Shown: positions 1 through 5,380 of the stretch, piece by piece
How the letters are laid out: the number at the start of each line of letters is the position of its first letter
Position numbering within the stretch: the stretch's first letter is position 1
Origin: a virus
Direction: 5' to 3' (one strand)
DNA: 13,139 bases
Virus record (IMG/VR): IMGVR_UViG_3300045988_098052
Notes under the pieces: generated by a model
The model's database searches: none
The model's input: the letters and a program-made list of their open reading frames with translations, nothing else
Told to the model about the DNA's origin: nothing
Made by a program: the position numbers and the translations under genes

Positions 1-50
1 AAACTTGGCAAGACTAACCTGTGAACAAATTGTTAACATTTCCCCAATCT

Positions 51-79
51 GTTCATATTTCGTTCATATTTCGTTCATA
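51..79. repeat. Tandem 11-bp repeat GTTCATATTTC, 2.6 copies, about 50 bp from the genome end. The mirror copy is at 13061-13089.
   Basis: Direct reading gives units at 51-61 and 62-72 and a partial unit at 73-79. The half-site TGTTCA also occurs inverted as TGAACA at 22-27. Confidence 0.9.
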
Positions 80-159
80 ACATCAAAATTGGCATGATTC
101 TTGCTAGGCAACTATAACATTAAATTGCCTGACAATATCATACAAAGTCTGTCACTTAT

Positions 160-181
160 TCTATTGACATTCTATTGACAT
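160..181. repeat. Tandem 11-bp repeat TCTATTGACAT, 2 copies, each carrying a TTGACA box. The mirror copy is at 12959-12980.
   Basis: Direct reading gives units at 160-170 and 171-181. Confidence 0.9.
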
Positions 182-203
182 ATTAGTCCAATTGGACTAT
201 AAT
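175..203 (+). promoter_or_regulatory. Left-end early promoter, TTGACA-17 nt-TATAAT, with the 16-bp palindrome TAGTCCAATTGGACTA (184-199) in the spacer and overlapping the -10 box.
   Basis: TTGACA lies at 175-180 and TATAAT at 198-203, an exact sigma-A/sigma-70 consensus with a 17-nt spacer. A GGAGG RBS at 236-240 precedes the ATG at 250. Confidence 0.75.
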
Positions 204-249
204 ATAATCAACAAATAAATCACAGCCGATAGGCAGGAGGAAACAAGAT

Positions 250-438
250 ATGAAAGCAAATGAAGTAACAATGGAAATCATGGATGAAGTCGCAAGCTAT
301 ATGAATGATGAGATCAGAGAAGATATTCATATTGAATTAGCATCATGTACACCAGAAGAGTTTCTTACAGAATATTGCAATGCTGATCCAGATTTTGAAA
401 AATGGTGTCTTAATGATATCTTCGGTATTGAATTATAG
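250..438 (+). CDS. ITR-encoded 62-aa strongly acidic early protein of unknown function, left copy.
   Basis: The ORF has a GGAGG RBS and is the first gene after the consensus promoter. It has 17 D/E against 3 K/R. An identical protein is encoded at 12702-12890 (-). Confidence 0.8.
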   Translation: MKANEVTMEIMDEVASYMNDEIREDIHIELASCTPEEFLTEYCNADPDFEKWCLNDIFGIEL

Positions 439-452
439 GAGGTAAGTCAGTA

Positions 453-827
453 ATGAAATCAAAATACACAAAAATCAAATATACAAACACCGGGGTAAAA
501 GCCCCGGTTGTAACTCTTATTAAATCCAGGCCAGATCTTGATAGGTCGGATATGATAGAATTAAAATATCCAGAAATAAAGGTTACTATAAAGCGGATCT
601 CACGCAAGACAATGTACACACGTGCACAGTCTGTAATAAGTGTTATGAAAGATAATTTTAGTGCTTCATTTTTTGTGTATGATACAATCAATGATGCAAG
701 AGTGATTTGCGAAAATCTCTATTTGATCATTAAAAAACCAGAATTAGATTATTGTATTAATACTAGAGATTTTTATGAACTATATGAATATATGAAGGTG
801 GTGCTTAACAATGCCGAAGAATCCTAA
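453..827 (+). CDS. Hypothetical early protein, 124 aa, with a basic N-terminus.
   Basis: AGGAGG at 437-442 lies 10 nt upstream of the ATG. The ORF sits in the early operon and overlaps the next ORF start. I recognise no motif. Confidence 0.6.
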   Translation: MKSKYTKIKYTNTGVKAPVVTLIKSRPDLDRSDMIELKYPEIKVTIKRISRKTMYTRAQSVISVMKDNFSASFFVYDTINDARVICENLYLIIKKPELDYCINTRDFYELYEYMKVVLNNAEES

Positions 828-1431
828 AATCCCAACCACGTCAAAGGGTCTGAATGTCAACCCGAACATGCTAACAACGATGGAAGCTTTGCAACTCCGC
901 AAGCAGCTTGCAAAACGTCTGAATCAGCGTATGCGTAGGTTAAAAGCAAAAGGTTTTGACTCAGAAGTTGGCGGAGCGTACTCAGATTATCAAGATCTGC
1001 TTGCAAGATTTTTTCCAGGGCGATCCACTATTCCGGAAAATCTGGAAAATGAAAAATATAAAGGATTGCCTAGAACCCAAGTCAAAGCAATACAAAAAAT
1101 ACTGAAAGAAAAAAGCAGCACAGTCCAAGGCTGGCGTGAGATCATAGATAAACGTCAAAAGACCCTCAGCACAAAATACGGAATTAACTTTAAATCAAAA
1201 GAGGAAATGAAGTTATTTTTTACTTCTGAGGTCTGGAAGTGGATGCAGAATTTCTATGATAGTAAGCAAAGTATGAGAATAATTAGTCATAAACTTGATG
1301 ATTCTACGGCTTCTGAGATAATAAAAGATCTGGAAAAATTCCGGGGAAAAACAGATCCAGATATGGCTGACACGATAGCAAAACAGTTAGGGTTCTCCGG
1401 TGAAGTAGATGCTTTAAAATACAGGCCATAG
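811..1431 (+). CDS. Candidate terminal (priming) protein, 206 aa.
   Basis: It lies immediately upstream of the protein-primed DNA polymerase, as phi29 gene 3 does. It has a Lys/Arg-rich N-terminal part and a helical, charged composition. AAGGTGGTG serves as RBS. The call rests on position and composition only. Confidence 0.45.
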   Translation: MPKNPKIPTTSKGLNVNPNMLTTMEALQLRKQLAKRLNQRMRRLKAKGFDSEVGGAYSDYQDLLARFFPGRSTIPENLENEKYKGLPRTQVKAIQKILKEKSSTVQGWREIIDKRQKTLSTKYGINFKSKEEMKLFFTSEVWKWMQNFYDSKQSMRIISHKLDDSTASEIIKDLEKFRGKTDPDMADTIAKQLGFSGEVDALKYRP

Positions 1432-1447
1432 TAGGGAGGGATAAGTA

Positions 1448-3571
1448 ATGATAGTAGCAGGATATCCGGTTATTTATTTCAAAAATTATGATTATATGCG
1501 ACTATTCAATGGTGATTTTATCCGGAGATCCAGCTCAGGTCATTATCTTGGGGTTTATGAAAAAATCATAACTATAGACACAGAGACATTTGTTTATATG
1601 AACAAAGATATTGGGTTTGTTACTGACTGGACAATCACCATAGAGGATGACTGTTGTATCTATGGCAACCATGTTTCAGATCTGATTAACACGATTGATA
1701 GGATCTGTACAACTCTTCATAGTGATGATAGTCATCTTGTACGGTTTTATGTGCATAATTTCCCTTATGACTATGTTTTTCTTAGAAACCATTTTTTTCA
1801 AAAATGGGGATATCCGGATAAATCCTTAGCTGCTAAAACTCACAAATATATATTTATGAAATGGACAGGCCAAGGCATTGAGTTCCGTGATAGTCTTATT
1901 CTCACACAGCGGTCATTAGAGAAGCTATGTAAAGACATGGGAACAACTGAAAAAGCAGTTGGAACATGGGACTATAAGAAGTTTAGAACACCAGCAAGTC
2001 CACGTACATCAAAAGAAATAGCATATGTCTGTACAGATACCATTAGTCTATGCAAGGCGTTACGCAAATACATTGATCAGCGAGGATTCAATGTGGCTAA
2101 CTGCCCATTGACAAATACGGGTTTTATTCGTACCAATGCCCGCAGGAGGTCAAGAAAAGATAAGAAATGGAGAAAGCAATTTGAGAATATGGCTCTGACG
2201 TTGGAGCAATACGATCAAATGCTTGACTGCTATCATGGGGGATATACGCATGCAAATAGGTATTATGTCAATCAGCTGATAAAAGAACCTGTTGAGTGCT
2301 ATGATTTTGCAAGCTCATACATTGCATGGATGTGCTATTGTAAATTTCCAATGAGTAACTTTTGTTATACTAATAATATAACATTAAAAGACATAATGGA
2401 ACTCAAAGAAGAGTATGCTTTTTCAGGATACATCAGATTAAAAAATCTGAGATTGAAAAAAGACTGTCCTATGCCGCCATTAGCTTTTTCAAAAGCGAAA
2501 GTATGTGTTTTTCCGGAAGCAAAAAGCAAAAAAGAACAGTTCCACGATAATCTGGATAATGGAAAGATCGTCAATGCTGATCTTGTCATATATCCCTTTA
2601 CGGATCCGGATTTAGAAGTAATCTTGTCAAGTTATGATTATGACTGGGCTGATGTCTCAAAAGTCATGAGAGCAACAAAAGATTACTTGCCGGAGTGGTT
2701 TACCGGATATTTGATGGAATTGTTTTTTAAAAAATGCACCCTTAAAGGCTTGGATGAAGCAAACTACATGATTTCAAAAGGGGAGCTGAATGGTATGTAT
2801 GGCATGACTGTACAGAGAATCATTCAGATCTTATGCACAGAGCTTATGGAATCCGGAGAATGGGAAGCAAAAGAACCTGAGGACAGGGAAAAGGAACTTG
2901 AAAAGTTCTATCGGAATAAAAATAGCTTCATGCCCTACCAGTGGGGAGTATGGATAACAGCATATGCACAAGCATATCTTTTCCGGTTGGGCGCCTGCTG
3001 CCGTAGGTGGTTATATTCTGACACTGATTCAGTAAAGGGAACAGACTGGGATCATGATAAACTGGATGAGTTTAACAAGTCTATCATCAATATGTCACAA
3101 AAAAGAAACATCGGAGTAGTTGAGTATAATTCTAAAACATTCCGACTGGGTATTGCTGAATTTGATGGGATATACAGTGAATTCATCACTATGGGAAGCA
3201 AGCGTTATTGCTACAGACTGAAAAAAGATGCATCCTTGCATCTGACAGTTGCAGGTGTACCAAAAGAGGGTATTTACTGTTTGGATGATAATATAACCAA
3301 TTTTAGAAAAGGTTTCATTTTCAAAAATGATTTGACATTTCGTAGGAATTACAGAAGATTGAATGATTGGCAGGATCCAAAATGGAAGATGAAAACGGAA
3401 TATATTTTTCATGAAGGAATCAATGAAGTGACTGTTGACGGATGCAGGATTGAATATGGTTGTGCCATCCGCTTGAGCGATACAGAATACGAGCTTGATC
3501 ACGCAATCCCATATGACAAGGAAACAGGCTTGCCGTTACCATTTGAGATTGAAGATACCGTATACGGATAA
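1448..3571 (+). CDS. Family-B protein-primed DNA polymerase (pPolB), 707 aa.
   Basis: Exonuclease motifs: ExoI IDTET (D44/E46), ExoII HNFPYD (N104/D108) and ExoIII YVCTD (Y193/D197). Polymerase motifs: pre-A CYHGGYT, motif A YDFASSY (D286, Y291), motif B KGELNGMYG (K444), motif C YSDTDS (D525/D527) and KxY as SKRY (K585). The motif order matches the phi29 polymerase. Confidence 0.93.
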   Translation: MIVAGYPVIYFKNYDYMRLFNGDFIRRSSSGHYLGVYEKIITIDTETFVYMNKDIGFVTDWTITIEDDCCIYGNHVSDLINTIDRICTTLHSDDSHLVRFYVHNFPYDYVFLRNHFFQKWGYPDKSLAAKTHKYIFMKWTGQGIEFRDSLILTQRSLEKLCKDMGTTEKAVGTWDYKKFRTPASPRTSKEIAYVCTDTISLCKALRKYIDQRGFNVANCPLTNTGFIRTNARRRSRKDKKWRKQFENMALTLEQYDQMLDCYHGGYTHANRYYVNQLIKEPVECYDFASSYIAWMCYCKFPMSNFCYTNNITLKDIMELKEEYAFSGYIRLKNLRLKKDCPMPPLAFSKAKVCVFPEAKSKKEQFHDNLDNGKIVNADLVIYPFTDPDLEVILSSYDYDWADVSKVMRATKDYLPEWFTGYLMELFFKKCTLKGLDEANYMISKGELNGMYGMTVQRIIQILCTELMESGEWEAKEPEDREKELEKFYRNKNSFMPYQWGVWITAYAQAYLFRLGACCRRWLYSDTDSVKGTDWDHDKLDEFNKSIINMSQKRNIGVVEYNSKTFRLGIAEFDGIYSEFITMGSKRYCYRLKKDASLHLTVAGVPKEGIYCLDDNITNFRKGFIFKNDLTFRRNYRRLNDWQDPKWKMKTEYIFHEGINEVTVDGCRIEYGCAIRLSDTEYELDHAIPYDKETGLPLPFEIEDTVYG

Positions 3572-3594
3572 ATTGTTATAAAATTGTAATAGTT

Positions 3595-3622
3595 TTGTAA
3601 CATAAATAAGTTAAAATATAAT
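3595..3622 (+). promoter_or_regulatory. Candidate internal promoter, TTGTAA-16 nt-TATAAT.
   Basis: TTGTAA at 3595-3600 and TATAAT at 3617-3622 lie in the only sizeable intergenic gap after the polymerase. They are preceded by TTGTWA boxes with 11-bp phasing at 3573, 3584 and 3595. Confidence 0.45.
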
Positions 3623-3636
3623 CAGGAGGTGTAACT

Positions 3637-3750
3637 ATGAAAAAATTTTGGAGAGAAAACAAAGATGACATTGAAACGTTTTTTTGGACGTGCATCACTT
3701 TTGCCCTCATGTTTGCAAGCTGTCAAGTGTTGTTACTGATGGGCGATTAA
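3637..3750 (+). CDS. Small 37-aa membrane protein (MKKFWRENKDDIETFFWTCITFALMFASCQVLLLMGD).
   Basis: AGGAGG at 3624-3629 lies 7 nt upstream of the ATG. The protein has one hydrophobic span of about 20 residues. It is below the ORF-track length cutoff, so I translated it by hand. Confidence 0.5.
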   Translation: MKKFWRENKDDIETFFWTCITFALMFASCQVLLLMGD

Positions 3751-3772
3751 ATAAGTAAAGGAGGTGAGGAAA

Positions 3773-3910
3773 TTGATTGATATGTCAGAGATTTATGAAA
3801 CTATGAAAACAAGCACCCTGCGAAAAGTAACCTATGAGGATGATGAGATCAGTATAGTAGCTTACAAAGTAGGAAAAATTATTAGAATTGATGTAAAGGA
3901 GACAAAATAA
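3773..3910 (+). CDS. Hypothetical 45-aa protein with a TTG start at 3773. An alternative ATG at 3782 would give 42 aa.
   Basis: AAGGAGGTGAGG at 3758-3769 lies just upstream. The ORF fills the gap exactly up to the next gene's RBS. I translated it by hand. Confidence 0.45.
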   Translation: MIDMSEIYETMKTSTLRKVTYEDDEISIVAYKVGKIIRIDVKETK

Positions 3911-3911
3911 G

Positions 3912-4211
3912 ATGTTAAAATCAAACGTAAAAATCACTTGTAAACCATACAATGGAAGTATATCAACAAAAGCTTTTATTGACCTTGAACTGGATAATAC
4001 CCTTGTAATTAAAGGACTTACGTTGGTTGAGGGGAACGATGGTCTTTTCCTCTCATTCCCAAGTAAAAAGGGAAAAAATGGAAAATATTACAAAAGAGTT
4101 TACTCTCTGGACAAAGAATGGAAGCAATTATTACAGGATGCTTGCGTCAAAAAATACAATGAGTGCAGAAAGACTGCACAGCCTGCATCCTCCGGGGGTG
4201 GATTTCGGTAA
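3912..4211 (+). CDS. spoVG: SpoVG-fold nucleic-acid-binding protein homologue, 99 aa.
   Basis: The stretch KAFIDLELDNTLVIKGLTLVEGNDGLFLSFPSKKGKNGKYY...LLQDACVKKY aligns by eye with B. subtilis SpoVG [38 protein letters not shown]...IQDAVLNEY. AAGGAG serves as RBS. Confidence 0.75.
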   Translation: MLKSNVKITCKPYNGSISTKAFIDLELDNTLVIKGLTLVEGNDGLFLSFPSKKGKNGKYYKRVYSLDKEWKQLLQDACVKKYNECRKTAQPASSGGGFR

Positions 4212-5257
4212 TGAATATCTATGATAGAAATGGTTGGCTGGACGTTCCAAGGATCGTCCAGCTTGCTGATAAAAATAAAATTAACTTCATATTCATAATT
4301 GGAGCCAGAAGAACTGGAAAAACATATGGTATTTTCCAGCACTTCATTAATAACGTTTTTTCACAAAATGAGAAGATCATATACATGCGCCGGACAAAAG
4401 AGCAGCTGACAAAAGTCTTTCTTCCGGAATTTGATCCATGGATTGACATAAACAAGGACATGAATAGGTTTTTTCATTTTGAGAAACCCAGAGGTGAATA
4501 TGGTCGTATTAAGATCGTAGAGCAGGTTAAAGATGAAGAAATTTATAGAGGTGAAGCATTTTGCCTTACGTCAATGCATAACAACCGTGGTTTCTCTGGA
4601 TCTGATTTTTCAGAAGGGATTTATGATGAATTTATTCCGGAGAAGATCGCAAAAGCAATAACTGGGGAAGATGATGCTTTTCTGAATGCTGTTGAAACCA
4701 TCTCAGCAAACAGGGAATTGCAAGGAAAGAAACCGTTCCGCTGGTGGCTTGCTTCCAACTCAAATACGCTGGATAATCCAATTGTGCAGGCTTTCGGTTT
4801 ACTTCCAATCTTGGAACGAATGAAAAAGAATAAGCAGGAATTTTCCATGCTGAAAGAACGAGGGATAATATTGGTTCTGATTAATGACTCACCGATATCG
4901 GAAAAGAAAAAAGATACAGCTTTGTATCGTGCATTATCAGGTGATACGGACTTTGAAAAAATGGCATTATCGAATGAATTTGCATATGATGACGTTTCTG
5001 CAATACGATCAGAAGATATCCGACAATATAGACTTATTTGTGTGATCGGAAAAGTTGCAATTTATGAGCATAAATCAAAAGCTCATTTGTATGTCTCAGA
5101 TCATATATCTGGTTCATGCAAAGATGTATTTGAGGACACACAGCATGGTAAAGACCAATTCAGATGCTTTTATAGTTGGATCGACAGCTATCGTCTGACA
5201 AATAGGATAAGCTATCAGAATATTTCTGTAAAATTCTATATTGACAAATTATTTTAA
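4211..5257 (+). CDS. phi29 gp16-like DNA encapsidation (packaging) ATPase, 348 aa from ATG 4211.
   Basis: INFIFIIGARRTGKTYG matches phi29 gp16 LNFVIGARGIGKSY (Walker A). IIYMRRTKEQL matches FIYVRRYKPEL, and GIYDEFIPE matches IVFDEFIRE (Walker B). I prefer the start at 4211, which gives a TAATG overlap with the upstream stop, over the ORF-track start at 4163, which would overlap the SpoVG-like gene by 49 nt. Confidence 0.9.
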   Translation: MNIYDRNGWLDVPRIVQLADKNKINFIFIIGARRTGKTYGIFQHFINNVFSQNEKIIYMRRTKEQLTKVFLPEFDPWIDINKDMNRFFHFEKPRGEYGRIKIVEQVKDEEIYRGEAFCLTSMHNNRGFSGSDFSEGIYDEFIPEKIAKAITGEDDAFLNAVETISANRELQGKKPFRWWLASNSNTLDNPIVQAFGLLPILERMKKNKQEFSMLKERGIILVLINDSPISEKKKDTALYRALSGDTDFEKMALSNEFAYDDVSAIRSEDIRQYRLICVIGKVAIYEHKSKAHLYVSDHISGSCKDVFEDTQHGKDQFRCFYSWIDSYRLTNRISYQNISVKFYIDKLF

Positions 5258-5269
5258 CAATCATATATT
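5241..5269 (+). promoter_or_regulatory. Candidate late or ncRNA promoter, TTGACA-17 nt-TATATT.
   Basis: TTGACA at 5241-5246 lies inside the last codons of the ATPase gene and TATATT lies at 5264-5269. The predicted transcription start near 5276 falls at the foot of the downstream structured element. Confidence 0.5.
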
Positions 5270-5273
5270 AGAG

Positions 5274-5354
5274 ATAGGTCAACGTGGCTACATCGACCGC
5301 CGGAAGCGGATGCCATGGGGTGATAACCCGGAAGCGTTGACCTATTTTAATTTT
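5274..5354 (+). ncRNA. GC-rich branched RNA structure followed by a U-tract. It could be a small ncRNA, a leader attenuator or a complex terminator.
   Basis: An 11-bp perfect closing stem pairs ATAGGTCAACG (5274-5284) with CGTTGACCTAT (5335-5345). It encloses 50 nt holding two small hairpins, CCGC/GCGG at 5297-5309 and GGG/CCC at 5318-5329. TTTTAATTTT follows. The region is non-coding and is the most GC-rich intergenic stretch in an AT-rich genome. Confidence 0.55.
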
Positions 5355-5380
5355 AACTTCCGGCAGAAAAGGAGATAAAA

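Larger units (their letters stand above)
1..432. repeat. Left inverted terminal repeat. It is perfect for 432 bp and stays near-identical to nt 442, with mismatches only at 433 and 435.
   Basis: I compared nt 1-442 in blocks with the reverse complement of nt 12698-13139. All positions 1-432 match. Position p pairs with 13140-p. Confidence 0.95.

Noticed and set aside
110-160. Additional promoter-like hexamers in the ITR, such as TTGCTA and TTGCCT on the plus strand and TTGTCA facing outward on the minus strand.
   Set aside because: None has a -10-like partner at 16-18 nt spacing. An outward-facing promoter would transcribe off the end of the genome.
51-181. Short tandem repeats considered as a possible CRISPR array.
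   Set aside because: The units are 11 bp and directly abutting, with no spacers and only 2-3 copies, and there are no cas genes. They are regulatory or origin repeats.
410-691. A minus-strand 93-aa ORF. The same applies to the other minus-strand ORFs at 2365-2589, 3095-3502, 4100-4342, 4219-4461, 4621-4848, 5944-6126, 6517-6723, 7387-7596, 10172-10393, 10215-10397 and 10661-10999.
   Set aside because: All lie wholly inside motif-supported or operon-consistent plus-strand genes. They lack Shine-Dalgarno sites, have low-complexity or hydrophobic junk-like composition, and are of the kind that arises by chance in AT-rich DNA.
453-827. Possible paralogy between the two genes that follow the ITR on each arm, the 124-aa and 102-aa ORFs, both starting ATGAAA after TAGGAGG.
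   Set aside because: Aligning the two proteins by eye shows no credible similarity beyond the first two residues. The shared junction is better explained by the ITR edge.
4163-4210. The upstream extension of the ATPase ORF from the ORF-track start at 4163, and similarly the 6904-6957 extension of the post-capsid ORF.
   Set aside because: The extensions overlap the preceding genes by about 50 nt. The internal ATGs at 4211 and 6958 form TAATG stop-start overlaps with good upstream purine-rich RBS. For the ATPase, the shorter form also gives an N-terminal length matching phi29 gp16.
4027-4224. Alternative-frame plus-strand ORFs at 4027-4224, 8312-8530 and 10827-11015.
   Set aside because: Each is embedded out of frame in a gene with recognisable homology (SpoVG-like, tail knob, lower collar candidate). 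None has an RBS.
5274-5345. A 72-nt structured element considered as a tRNA.
   Set aside because: The closing stem is 11 bp rather than 7. There is no D-loop GG, no T-loop GTTCRANNC motif, and no cloverleaf arm spacing.
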